A DNA stretch of 64,000 bases, from the IMG/VR virus record IMGVR_UViG_3300006155_000234; one strand, written 5' to 3'. Within the stretch, counting starts at the first letter, position 1. Every line of letters begins with the position of its first letter. Below, piece by piece: positions 20,010 through 29,635 of this stretch. The DNA is from a virus (Duplodnaviria > Heunggongvirae > Uroviricota > Caudoviricetes). The notes under the pieces are model-generated. The model did not search any database. It had not been told where the DNA came from and saw nothing but the letters and a program-made list of their open reading frames with translations. The position numbers were made by a program, and so were the translations under genes.

Positions 20010-20660
20010 ATGACAAAGGAACAGCGTAGATTATATAATAAAAGATATAGGGAAAGACATAAAGAAAAGATTAAAGAAATAAATAAAAGATATATTGAGA
20101 ATAATAGAGATAAGATAAATCAGATAGCAAAAAGAAATTATGATAAAAATAAAGATAGAATTAATGCTCGTAGAAGAGAAAACTATGACGCAGAAAAAAG
20201 TAAAAAATATAGAGAAGAAAATAAAAACATAATCAAGGAAAGACAAAAAGAATTTCGTAAGAATAATCCAGAAGCAGTAAAACAATGTTCTTTAAAATAT
20301 TATAATAAGAATAGAGAAAAAATTTTATATAAAAATAGTATTAATCATTGTAATAAAGACTTTTCGCCAAATCAGAATAATATGACAAATGTTACCAAAT
20401 CAGAAAAATCTAAATATATACACAAAATGTCTTCAGCAGTTCCATCTGCTCATAAAAATAATAAGTATTCTAATAGAAAAGGTGTTAGATGGGATAAGAA
20501 GGATAATAAATGGTGGGGGTACATAACTCATAATAAGAAACAGATTATAGGTAGATTTAACACAGAACAAGAAGCAATAGATTACAGAATATACTTAGAA
20601 GATACTTATTATACACCAGAGCAGTTAGCAATAAGAGATAAGTACAAAAATGAAATATAA
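20010..20660 (+). CDS. AP2-domain protein with basic helical repeats (HNH-AP2 homing endonuclease-like; HNH core not evident)
   Basis: KGVRWDKKDNKWWGYITHNKKQIIGRFNTEQEAIDYR AP2 motif; YRExNKE repeats. Confidence 0.65.
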   Translation: MTKEQRRLYNKRYRERHKEKIKEINKRYIENNRDKINQIAKRNYDKNKDRINARRRENYDAEKSKKYREENKNIIKERQKEFRKNNPEAVKQCSLKYYNKNREKILYKNSINHCNKDFSPNQNNMTNVTKSEKSKYIHKMSSAVPSAHKNNKYSNRKGVRWDKKDNKWWGYITHNKKQIIGRFNTEQEAIDYRIYLEDTYYTPEQLAIRDKYKNEI

Positions 20661-20679
20661 ATAAAGAATATTACCTTAT

Positions 20680-20695
20680 TAAAATATTAATGAGG
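20680..20695 (+). promoter_or_regulatory. Late-promoter motif overlapping the RBS
   Basis: TAAAATATTAATGAGG followed by AGGT. Confidence 0.65.
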
Positions 20696-20706
20696 AGGTA
20701 TTCATT

Positions 20707-20949
20707 ATGTATCCACATGAATTAAAAAACTTTATTGATAGTAGAAATAGTTATATAGGAGGAGATGACTTATTAAAAGTAATCTCTATTAAAGAGAACC
20801 CACAGTTAAATCATATAAAATTAAATCCTGAAACTAATGTATTTGAAATGTGGGATTATGAAGGTAATTATTATAATTTTACTGCAATGCCATATAAAGA
20901 AGCTTTAGAAAAAGGTTTAGTAAAACAAAAAGATGAACAAGAAAGATAA
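20707..20949 (+). CDS. Hypothetical protein
   Basis: 80 aa with GGAGG RBS. Confidence 0.65.
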   Translation: MYPHELKNFIDSRNSYIGGDDLLKVISIKENPQLNHIKLNPETNVFEMWDYEGNYYNFTAMPYKEALEKGLVKQKDEQER

Positions 20950-20991
20950 AAAAGTATTGACAAAATAATTTTCATTTAGTATAATATATTT

Positions 20992-21065
20992 AGATTAGCT
21001 GTTTGAATACATTCAAACATAAAGAGAAGTTTGGTAAGAATTATTAAACTTCTCTCTTATTTTCT
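20992..21065 (+). ncRNA. Candidate small RNA
   Basis: Perfect TTGACA-17-TATAAT (20957-20985), a hairpin and a terminator; no ORF. Confidence 0.45.
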
Positions 21066-21150
21066 GTAAAATATTAATGAATACTATTTATGTTTTTCAT
21101 AAAACGTGTTCTCCTTTAAAAATAGAAAGACTGGAATCTATCCCAGTCTT

Positions 21151-21852
21151 TTAATATTTATACATATATCTTGTATTTCTTATCTTTTTAAATCCGTTTT
21201 TCTTATAGAATTTAATTAACTTTTTCATGTAATATTCTGTATTTTCATTTTCCATATTACTGTAACCTCCATCAGCATCTCTCTTTAGGGGTTGTGGTAA
21301 TACTATTTGACAGCACGGTGTATATATGTTATTTGTGTAATATAAAATACTTGTTAAATTTTGAAGTATAAAACTTCCTATTTTTGTATTTCTATACTTT
21401 TCTTCTATAATTAACTTATCAATATAAAGTATGTTAGAATAAATACCATCTTTTGATATATAGCTTTTAATATTTCCATATCTATCTATTATAGCTGATG
21501 CCATTGGTTCTAAATCTCCTCCATAACTATCACATTTATCATAAAAGGTATAATTCATAAGAAATGGGTTATCATCTTCAATATAATTACACTTTAATCT
21601 TCCTATATCTATTTCACCATTTTCATTTAATATACTATCATCAATTTCATCGTAATCTATATCCTCAGATATATTTCCTGTAATTTTTATATATAAATTA
21701 ATGATAGAACTATCTGGCTCTGCCCAGTCAAATAAATCTTTTAAATTAGTATATATGTTTGCTATTCTATTTCTATTAACTCTATAACATTCTATATTTA
21801 TACTATCCAATCCAATATTTTCTAATTCTGTATTATCTAAATTTATTTTCAA
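21151..21852 (-). CDS. GNAT-family acetyltransferase-like protein
   Basis: LYIDKLIIEEKYRNTKIGS...KLIKFYKKNGF. Confidence 0.7.
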   Translation of the reverse strand: MKINLDNTELENIGLDSINIECYRVNRNRIANIYTNLKDLFDWAEPDSSIINLYIKITGNISEDIDYDEIDDSILNENGEIDIGRLKCNYIEDDNPFLMNYTFYDKCDSYGGDLEPMASAIIDRYGNIKSYISKDGIYSNILYIDKLIIEEKYRNTKIGSFILQNLTSILYYTNNIYTPCCQIVLPQPLKRDADGGYSNMENENTEYYMKKLIKFYKKNGFKKIRNTRYMYKY

Positions 21853-21870
21853 TTTATATTTCCTTCTTTG

Positions 21871-22695
21871 TTATTTTAACTCTCTTACATAATATATTGG
21901 TGAATTATATTTCTTTATAATTTGCTTTAATTCTCTATTTAAGTGTATATTCTCATTATTATTTTTAGGTATAATTTCATTTAGATTATCTCTTGTTATT
22001 CGATAATCTCCTACACTTCCATTTACTATTGTTGTAAAAGATATTAATAATATTGCTGCACTTATATACATCGCAGTATCTATTATTTCTGGTACATCAC
22101 ATATAGAAACTGAATAGCCATCATCTGTTTCTTCTAATTCTATCTTACAATCTACTTTATAAGGTGCTTGGGATGTAAACACTTTAGTTACTTCTAATTC
22201 ATCTTTTTGTTCTGCTATTATCTCCTTTGTATTTTGATTATAGAATTTTAATTTACTGATTATATTTCCTTTTAATTCATAGTATATTATAACTTGACTA
22301 AAATCTTTGTAAATTCTATTTCTACTATTTGATATATTCTCTAACATTTCTGGTTCATCATGTTCTTGTATTAATCTTAATACTTCATTTTCATCTGGTA
22401 ACTCAATTTCAAATAAGTCATGTAAATCTAAAAATACATACCCACTTGTTAAGCAATCTCTAAATGAATATGGATTTTTATTATCATTAAATTTTTTAAG
22501 TATAGGTAGTATTACATCTTTATCTATGTATATTCTGTCTAATCTATCATTTATTTTCAATGACCTATTATTCTTTAAAATATTCTTTTCCTTTTGTTCT
22601 TTGTGCATTTTAAGTAATTCTTTTTTATCCTCGTCATCAATACCTAAAAAATTCATTAATCTTTCATCTTGTAATGCTCTTTCAAATTTTCCCAT
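21871..22695 (-). CDS. Hypothetical early protein
   Basis: Start placed at MGKFER (AAGGAGA RBS), downstream of the promoter at 22747-22775. Confidence 0.65.
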   Translation of the reverse strand: MGKFERALQDERLMNFLGIDDEDKKELLKMHKEQKEKNILKNNRSLKINDRLDRIYIDKDVILPILKKFNDNKNPYSFRDCLTSGYVFLDLHDLFEIELPDENEVLRLIQEHDEPEMLENISNSRNRIYKDFSQVIIYYELKGNIISKLKFYNQNTKEIIAEQKDELEVTKVFTSQAPYKVDCKIELEETDDGYSVSICDVPEIIDTAMYISAAILLISFTTIVNGSVGDYRITRDNLNEIIPKNNNENIHLNRELKQIIKKYNSPIYYVRELK

Positions 22696-22746
22696 AAAAT
22701 TATTCTCCTTTCTAAATTTATATAACATCAATATGCTATTATATTA

Positions 22747-22775
22747 AATATAATATAAGTTTTAAATTTTGTCAA
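22747..22775 (-). promoter_or_regulatory. Early promoter with conserved spacer
   Basis: TTGACA-aaatttaaaacttatat-TATATT. Confidence 0.65.
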
Positions 22776-22831
22776 GTATTTTTATATAATTTTAAAAAGA
22801 TGTTATAAATAGTGGAAAGGAGTGATTTAAT

Positions 22832-23032
22832 ATGCCAAATAACAAATATAATAATGATGAAATTACTACATTACATAATCTTTTAATAAGAAATAAAAAA
22901 GATAGAATTTTGACATCAGATGAAGTAAGATTATTAGATAGAATATATGAGAACATTAGTTCTAATGAACACAGAATAAAAAGATGGTTTTCTCTTGAAC
23001 ACCCCTTTATATTAAATAAGGAATATAATTAA
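22832..23032 (+). CDS. Hypothetical protein
   Basis: 66 aa with AAGGAG RBS. Confidence 0.55.
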   Translation: MPNNKYNNDEITTLHNLLIRNKKDRILTSDEVRLLDRIYENISSNEHRIKRWFSLEHPFILNKEYN

Positions 23033-23051
23033 ATTAGAAGGGACGATAAAA

Positions 23052-24071
23052 ATGATTATTGAGTATAAAGGTCAAAAGTTAGAAACGAAACATTATACAC
23101 CTATAACAGACGAAGAATTTCTAAAAATAAAAGAAGAATATTTTAAGAAACCTACATTAGAACAAGTTAAAGACCAGATATACCAACTTACAAAAGGAAA
23201 TATTGCAAATAATAGAATAACTGCATATTACTTTAAAGATTTAATGTCAAAAGTAAAATTATATTCCTGTAAGTGGAGTGTTGAGGAAGTATTTGAATGT
23301 AAAGATTTAGTTAGTTTCTTTGTATCTAAAACAGAAGAAAATAAGAAAGTATTTACAGATGATATGTCACTAGCAACTAAAGTATCAAGGTCAATACAGT
23401 TAGGTGGTAAAGGATGTGCATTACCACCTACACAATTTCCTTTAAAGGTTATTGATGAGATACTAAATCATTATAATATAAATAATAACTATTATGACTT
23501 TAGTTGTGGTTGGGGTGTTAGATTAACAGGTGCATTAAAAAATAGAATAAACTATTTTGGTACAGACCCTAATTATCTATTAACAGAAAGATTATCTCAA
23601 CTATCAACAGATTGGAAATCAACTGTTAGAAATAATAGTTTTGTTGATATAAGAACACAAGGAAGTCAATATTTTATTCCAGAGTGGGAAAATAAAATAG
23701 GATTAGCATTTAGTAGTCCACCATACTTTTATTTAGAAGATTATAAGATAGGTGACCAATCATATAAAGAGGGAACAAGCTATGAAGATTGGAAATCTAA
23801 TTATTTAAAGCCTACATTTGAGAATATATATAAATACTTAATTGATGATGGATATTTCTTATTGAATATAAATAATTTTGAATCTTTCAAACTAGCAGAA
23901 GATAGTATAGATATTGCTAAAAGTATTGGATTTCATTTAATAGGAGAGCATTCTCTAAATCAAACTAGACGAATAAGTTCTAAAGGGGAATTGAATGACA
24001 ATAGTGAAAGAATTTTAGTATTTAATAAAAATGTAGATAAACAAACAAGAAAATCAAACAAATTATTCTAA
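23052..24071 (+). CDS. Amino (N4-C/N6-A) DNA methyltransferase
   Basis: YDFSCGWGVRL SAM-binding motif and FSSPPYF catalytic motif. Confidence 0.85.
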   Translation: MIIEYKGQKLETKHYTPITDEEFLKIKEEYFKKPTLEQVKDQIYQLTKGNIANNRITAYYFKDLMSKVKLYSCKWSVEEVFECKDLVSFFVSKTEENKKVFTDDMSLATKVSRSIQLGGKGCALPPTQFPLKVIDEILNHYNINNNYYDFSCGWGVRLTGALKNRINYFGTDPNYLLTERLSQLSTDWKSTVRNNSFVDIRTQGSQYFIPEWENKIGLAFSSPPYFYLEDYKIGDQSYKEGTSYEDWKSNYLKPTFENIYKYLIDDGYFLLNINNFESFKLAEDSIDIAKSIGFHLIGEHSLNQTRRISSKGELNDNSERILVFNKNVDKQTRKSNKLF

Positions 24072-24111
24072 AAGTATTGACATATAATACCATATATGTT
24101 ATTATAACATT

Positions 24112-24219
24112 GTTAATCATAGTTCTAAAAGGACATTTATAAGTCTTTTATGTGTGAAAGTTTGCTTCAAGCAATGTGTACTTTTAAGTACCTAGCCATA
24201 AAAGGCTTATTTTATTTTT
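24112..24219 (+). ncRNA. Candidate small RNA with several short hairpins
   Basis: TTGACA-17-TATTAT (24077-24105); four short stems; T-rich end; no ORF. Confidence 0.35.
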
Positions 24220-24236
24220 GTAAAATATTAATGAGG
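24220..24236 (+). promoter_or_regulatory. Late-promoter motif
   Basis: Exact motif. Confidence 0.75.
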
Positions 24237-24258
24237 AGATAAAATAGGAGGTACATAA

Positions 24259-25077
24259 ATGAGTAATTTATTAAGTACAAGTGAAGCAGCATTTAATATG
24301 GGTGTAAATGTTTGTGTAACTAAAAGAGATAAAAGGACAGGTAGAATATTACAACAAGAAAAAGGTCATAACAGATGTCTAAAACAAACATTGTTAGGTA
24401 TTGCTAAATACCTAAATGGGGAATTTAACCCAACACAGCCTTTAGTAAATGCAGAAAACCCAAGTTATAGATTAGAAGATGATTGGATACCATCTTATTT
24501 AGGAATAGGAACAAATATGGGAAGTTATAATACAGGTGCTGGTGTAACAAATGTTGTTACTGTAAATGATACAAAGTTACTTTCAGAAATATCTCCAAGA
24601 ATGAGATTACCTGAAAGAAATAAACTTATTGCAAGAAATGAACAATCTTATGTTCAATTAGTAATTAATACTTATCTTCCAGATGAATTATATATAGGTG
24701 CTAGAATTGCAGAGTGTGGTTTATTTGCACAAGAAACAGGTAATAACTGTTTATTTAGAATATGTCTGGCAGAGCCAATAGTAAAAGAAGTAGATACTGT
24801 TGTAGAGATTATGTGGACAATATCTATTGTTTCAATAGATAGTCAAAACAGTCCTTATGTAGAAGTTGATAAATCTGATTTAAAACTTGCATTAGAACAC
24901 ATGTTGGATAGATATGCACAATATACAGATGCTGGAATGACTGTTGATATAAAGCCATCTGTCGAAACAATGAAAAATGCTATGTATGATTATTATAGAA
25001 GAGATATTGACCAAGAAGGTGTTGATAAAACAGTTGCAGAATTAACAGCTGATTATAATGCTTTACCTACTGTTTAA
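24259..25077 (+). CDS. Baseplate/fibre-attachment structural protein
   Basis: GHN, YLGIGT, DTKLLSEI, IAECGLF..LFRI and WTI motifs typical of myophage baseplate/fibre N-terminal domains. Confidence 0.6.
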   Translation: MSNLLSTSEAAFNMGVNVCVTKRDKRTGRILQQEKGHNRCLKQTLLGIAKYLNGEFNPTQPLVNAENPSYRLEDDWIPSYLGIGTNMGSYNTGAGVTNVVTVNDTKLLSEISPRMRLPERNKLIARNEQSYVQLVINTYLPDELYIGARIAECGLFAQETGNNCLFRICLAEPIVKEVDTVVEIMWTISIVSIDSQNSPYVEVDKSDLKLALEHMLDRYAQYTDAGMTVDIKPSVETMKNAMYDYYRRDIDQEGVDKTVAELTADYNALPTV

Positions 25078-25120
25078 AAAATAATTTGACAAAATATTAT
25101 TTATATGTTATTATAGATAT

Positions 25121-25240
25121 ATGTATTTCAAATATGTATATCAACTGAAATGATATACATATTACCCACAAATTTTTGCTATGTGTGAGATAGCAAAATC
25201 CCATTCAAGAAATTGTTTGCCGACAATTTCTTTTTTATTT
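25121..25240 (+). ncRNA. Candidate three-hairpin small RNA or leader
   Basis: TTGACA-17-TATTAT (25086-25114); 13-bp, 9-bp and 10-bp stems, the last with a U-tract. Confidence 0.5.
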
Positions 25241-25277
25241 TGCTAAGATGTTATACAATATGAAAGGTAGGATTATT

Positions 25278-25466
25278 ATGAAACAACAAGAAGTAATTAT
25301 AAAATTTAAAATGGATGAAGATATGTCTAAAGAGAGTAAAATGGATATTATATATGACCTTATAAATGAAATTCAAGATAGATATATGTATGTAACAGAA
25401 GTAAAAATAGATAATGAAAAAGTTTTTGAATTTGATGACACAAAATTTAATAAGGAGGTGAAATAA
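25278..25466 (+). CDS. Hypothetical protein
   Basis: Start MKQQE after AAAGG. Confidence 0.55.
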   Translation: MKQQEVIIKFKMDEDMSKESKMDIIYDLINEIQDRYMYVTEVKIDNEKVFEFDDTKFNKEVK

Positions 25467-25603
25467 TGTCAGCAGATATTGTTTTTATAATTGGTTTAGC
25501 AGTTGTAGGTATTTTTTATTTTATATATAGTATTGTAGATAGAATATGTCAATATAAAGAGAGGGTATCTGAAAATGAAAGAAAAGAAAGTAAGAAAAAA
25601 TAA
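25466..25603 (+). CDS. Small single-TM protein (45 aa; not in the ORF track)
   Basis: AAGGAGGTG RBS and TAATG coupling; MSADIVFIIGLAVVGIFYFIYSIV... Confidence 0.65.
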   Translation: MSADIVFIIGLAVVGIFYFIYSIVDRICQYKERVSENERKESKKK

Positions 25604-25922
25604 AGTTTATTTTGCAGAAGGAGACCCAGATTATGGATGTATCTATATAGCAGCAAAAACAAGTAAAGAAGCAAAAAATATTGCATTATGTACATGGGTT
25701 GCAGAAACTGTATATAACCCATTTATAGAAATGAGAGTTTGTAGGGTATGGTCTGTAAAAGAAACAGATTATGATGGTGAACTTAATATCAAGCAAATAA
25801 ATGAACTAGGAATTACTTGGTGGGATTGTCCAGAATGTGAAAAAGAAGATTTTGAAATTATAGACACTTATCACTTTAAATGCAAAAATTGTAATTATGA
25901 AGGTGAAATACCATATATTTAA
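25575..25922 (+). CDS. Hypothetical protein with zinc ribbon
   Basis: CPEC...CKNC. Confidence 0.65.
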   Translation: MKEKKVRKNKVYFAEGDPDYGCIYIAAKTSKEAKNIALCTWVAETVYNPFIEMRVCRVWSVKETDYDGELNIKQINELGITWWDCPECEKEDFEIIDTYHFKCKNCNYEGEIPYI

Positions 25923-25937
25923 AGGAGGAACTGAATA

Positions 25938-26717
25938 ATGAAATATAATATAGGAGATAAAGTAACAGTTGAAAAGATTATAAATAAACCTGTTGTAGGG
26001 TTATATTTTGATGAGAAAGAACCATGTAACAGTTATTATAGAGTGGAAACTACAAATACAACACATGTAAAGCTAAGAGCTTCCATAGTAGAACCAGATA
26101 ATGTCATATATAAAAAATCACTATATAAAAAATTAAGTAAAGATGAATTTAATAATCTTATAGAAAAGAATAAAACTATACTTCCAGTAAAAATTAAACA
26201 TAAATATAATAAAGGAGATACTATAAGGGAAGGGTTTTATAAAGGATATATTATTGCAGATTTTATTTTAGATATGGATAATTATAAACACAGTATATAC
26301 AAAATCTATTCAAGTACAAACACAGAAACTATTAAGGTTTTATATTCCTTTATCGATAGTGAAATAGATGTACCAGATGATGATTATTCTTCTTATAATA
26401 GATTCCCTACATATACTTATGATTATTTAAAAGAGCATAATATCCCTATTGTAGAAGTAACTCTTTGGAATAAAGATATAAAAGAGTTCCAAGGTTCATA
26501 TTATTATGCTAATTCAGCTAAACATTGCTTATTTGAAGGGTGTTATGCTTTAGCCCCTGTAAAAAGACCAGTCATAGATAAATGGTGGTTACCTTGTAAA
26601 ATATTAAATACTAATGTGAATTTAGAATATGTAAAAGATACTATAATAAAGGCATGTGGTGGAAAATTAGATAGACTTGGATTTCCTATTGATAAAATAT
26701 ATGGAATGAATAATTAA
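25938..26717 (+). CDS. Hypothetical protein
   Basis: 259 aa with AGGAGG RBS. Confidence 0.65.
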   Translation: MKYNIGDKVTVEKIINKPVVGLYFDEKEPCNSYYRVETTNTTHVKLRASIVEPDNVIYKKSLYKKLSKDEFNNLIEKNKTILPVKIKHKYNKGDTIREGFYKGYIIADFILDMDNYKHSIYKIYSSTNTETIKVLYSFIDSEIDVPDDDYSSYNRFPTYTYDYLKEHNIPIVEVTLWNKDIKEFQGSYYYANSAKHCLFEGCYALAPVKRPVIDKWWLPCKILNTNVNLEYVKDTIIKACGGKLDRLGFPIDKIYGMNN

Positions 26718-26736
26718 AATATCTATTAGAATGACA

Positions 26737-26792
26737 AACCAGAATAGATTTCTGGGTAATTTAAAATAAAAGTAATATAAGTTTATAGGAGG
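26737..26792 (+). repeat. 56-bp dispersed intergenic element, copy 1
   Basis: 53/56 identical to 57278-57333; contains a small palindrome and ends in an RBS. Confidence 0.85.
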
Positions 26793-26802
26793 AATATTAA
26801 TA

Positions 26803-27375
26803 ATGAAATTTATATATCCTGAATTGATAAGACAAATAAATGATGGTTTAATTATACCTAATAAATTATGGGTAAAAGATTCTAATGGAATTGAGTGGTT
26901 TTGGAGAGATGGTGGATTTATGACTGGAATGAGAAGTGGGGATACAGAAGCACCACTTATATACATAACAGATAAGTATAATATTGTAGATTTATATTCA
27001 TTAGAACTTATAATATTATGTGATAAAGGTGTTTATCATAAAGTACAATATACTATTGAAGATATAATAAATAAATATGCACACGATAAAGATGTAATAT
27101 ATTTTAGAAATACAAAAGACAATTCTCAATGGGAATTTATACCACTTAATAAGTCTGTAATAAGTACAGAAACAGGTGAAAGTATATTTGATTTTCTAAA
27201 TGAAGATGAAGTGTCTATGGCTAAATTTGAGATAATATGGAAAGAAGAAAGTTTGCCTAAAGAGGAAATAAAATCAATAACCTTAGATAGTGCATTAGAA
27301 CAAATCAATGAAGTTAGAGAAATATTAAATAGATTAGAGAAAACTATAACATCAACATATCATATTGAAGCCTAA
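26803..27375 (+). CDS. Hypothetical protein
   Basis: 190-aa ORF following the repeat-borne RBS. Confidence 0.65.
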   Translation: MKFIYPELIRQINDGLIIPNKLWVKDSNGIEWFWRDGGFMTGMRSGDTEAPLIYITDKYNIVDLYSLELIILCDKGVYHKVQYTIEDIINKYAHDKDVIYFRNTKDNSQWEFIPLNKSVISTETGESIFDFLNEDEVSMAKFEIIWKEESLPKEEIKSITLDSALEQINEVREILNRLEKTITSTYHIEA

Positions 27376-27396
27376 ATTTAGGCTTCTTTCTTTTTG

Positions 27397-27413
27397 GTAA
27401 AATATTAATGAGG
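27397..27413 (+). promoter_or_regulatory. Late-promoter motif directly after a terminator (gaagcctaaa/tttaggcttc)
   Basis: Exact motif. Confidence 0.75.
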
Positions 27414-27444
27414 AGATTACTCAATTTCAAAGGAGGTAAAATAA

Positions 27445-29625
27445 GTGGCAGATACAGATTTAAACAAAGTAATTAAAATGGATTATGTTCCTGTCAAAAT
27501 AAGTTATACAAGTAAAGATTATGCATCTATATTAGATGATTTAATAAATTCAGTTTCAGGAATAACAGAGAAATGGCAAGTTTTAGATGATAATGACCCA
27601 GGAGTAATAATGATAAAACTTATGTCAATAATAGGAGATATGCTATTCTATACTCAAGATATGCAAGCCCTAGAAGTGTATCCTAATTCTGTTACTCAAA
27701 GGAAAAATGCTGCTACGATTTATAAATTAATTGGTTATAAGATGAGGTGGTATAGAAGTGCAACTTTAACAATGCAATTAGTAAATACATATAATCAAGC
27801 TGCTACCCTACCTAGATTTTGTACCTTTACTACACAGGATGGTATATCATATACTACATTTAAACAGTATGAATTAAAAAATAATATGACCAATAATGGT
27901 GTTATAAATGAGGTAGAATTAATACAAGGAACACCTATTACACCAGTTAGAGTTTCTACAAACCCTTATCCAGGTGCAGGTAAACCTTGGCATAGTATAT
28001 ATGGTTTCAATTATACCACAGATGATTTAGTAAATAATAGAATTTATTTAAGTGAAAAAATGATAGATGATACTCATATTATTTTAGTAGATGATAGTAA
28101 TGAGGAATGGATATTAAAAGATAATATTTATTTAACTACTACTGTTGGTAAGTTTTTTGAATTTGGTGTAGATGTTAATGATAATCCATATATAGAAATT
28201 ATAGATTATTGGGGTAATTTTAATATTTCTAAATTTAAGTTATTTACTATTAGAACATTAGGAGAAAATGGAGAAATTCTTGCAAACACATTAAAAGAGT
28301 GTACAGGTAATGCTTGGGCTTTAGGTGGTACACCTTCAAATCCACAAACATATAATGTTCAAGGATTTTTACATTGGACACATGGAGATAGTAGTTGGGG
28401 TTATAATTATGAAACACCAGATGAGGCTAGAAAGAATACACCTAAATTTCAAAACACAATAGATACACTTATTACTCTAGCAGATTTTGAAAGAGCAACA
28501 TTAAGATTAGATGGTGTTGCTAATGTAAGAGCAACAGATTTAACTAATGACCCAGGAATGTCTGTAAATTATCAAGTTGGAGATATAAATGAAGATGGTA
28601 GGATAGATGTACAAGATTATAATTTACTGAATAACTTTTTAGCAGACCCTACATTATACCCACTAACACCATACCAAAGAAGATTAGCAAATTGTAAAGG
28701 AAGTAATGATGGTGTAATTACAACAGAAGATTTACAAATGTTAGGAAATTATATTAGAGGAGATATATTCGATAGTAGTAATAATCCATTAACAGGAAAT
28801 ATAGGAACTAAATCAATACCTGATATTGAAACACTTACAAATTTTGTTGTAAAACTATATATATTAAGAACAGAAGCTTATGAAGACTATCCTGACGAGG
28901 AATTTGAAACAATAGTAAAAACATCTTTACAAGAATATAAAATATTACCACTACAATTAGTTGTAGATTTGCACTCAATAGCTAATTACTACTGGACAAT
29001 AAAAGGAACATTTATGACAAAAACACCATTATCAAGAGATGAATTACAAACAATAATGGTAAATATAAATAATCAATTAAAATATAAATATTCAATAGAG
29101 AAAGTTAATTTTAATACTATAAGAAATTATAGAGAAATTATAGAAACTATTTTAGCAGTTGATAGTAGAATATTGATGGTAGATTTAGACCCAATACAAT
29201 ATACAGATGTACAAGGAAATATAGTACCTAAAGAACAAGTTACGGGAAAATATAAACTTACAATACCTAGATTAGATAATCCAAAAGATTCTGATAATCT
29301 TGATTATAAATTTACTATTCCAAATGTACCTCTATTGCCAGGTTCAATAATGATAAAAGTTATAACACAAAGTGATGAATATACATTGAGAGATAATAAT
29401 AATGGTGCAATATTTAATATTGATGGTATTCTTCAAAAGAATGGTAAAATAGATTATATTACAGGAGAAGTCACATTAGCATTTAATATGCCTGTAAATG
29501 CAGATTTACAAATAGATTATGTTCATAATGAATGTACTATTGCAAGATATGAAAACTTATCTACAAACTATTTCTACTTTGAACCAGGTTCATTAGAAAA
29601 AGCATATATGCAAGATTTAATATAG
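27445..29625 (+). CDS. Baseplate wedge protein (T4 gp6 / baseplate J-like) with dockerin-like insertion
   Basis: SYTSKDY, DPGV, LIGYKMRW..SA, ETPDEARKN and LITLADFE motifs. Confidence 0.85.
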   Translation: MADTDLNKVIKMDYVPVKISYTSKDYASILDDLINSVSGITEKWQVLDDNDPGVIMIKLMSIIGDMLFYTQDMQALEVYPNSVTQRKNAATIYKLIGYKMRWYRSATLTMQLVNTYNQAATLPRFCTFTTQDGISYTTFKQYELKNNMTNNGVINEVELIQGTPITPVRVSTNPYPGAGKPWHSIYGFNYTTDDLVNNRIYLSEKMIDDTHIILVDDSNEEWILKDNIYLTTTVGKFFEFGVDVNDNPYIEIIDYWGNFNISKFKLFTIRTLGENGEILANTLKECTGNAWALGGTPSNPQTYNVQGFLHWTHGDSSWGYNYETPDEARKNTPKFQNTIDTLITLADFERATLRLDGVANVRATDLTNDPGMSVNYQVGDINEDGRIDVQDYNLLNNFLADPTLYPLTPYQRRLANCKGSNDGVITTEDLQMLGNYIRGDIFDSSNNPLTGNIGTKSIPDIETLTNFVVKLYILRTEAYEDYPDEEFETIVKTSLQEYKILPLQLVVDLHSIANYYWTIKGTFMTKTPLSRDELQTIMVNINNQLKYKYSIEKVNFNTIRNYREIIETILAVDSRILMVDLDPIQYTDVQGNIVPKEQVTGKYKLTIPRLDNPKDSDNLDYKFTIPNVPLLPGSIMIKVITQSDEYTLRDNNNGAIFNIDGILQKNGKIDYITGEVTLAFNMPVNADLQIDYVHNECTIARYENLSTNYFYFEPGSLEKAYMQDLI

Positions 29626-29635
29626 GAGGTAGAGT

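Noticed and set aside
20957-25240. Hairpin-rich intergenic segments as tRNA genes (e.g. a frameshift-suppressor tRNA)
   Set aside because: No T-loop (TTCGA) or cloverleaf was recognisable; tRNAscan-SE or ARAGORN on the full genome is still worth running.
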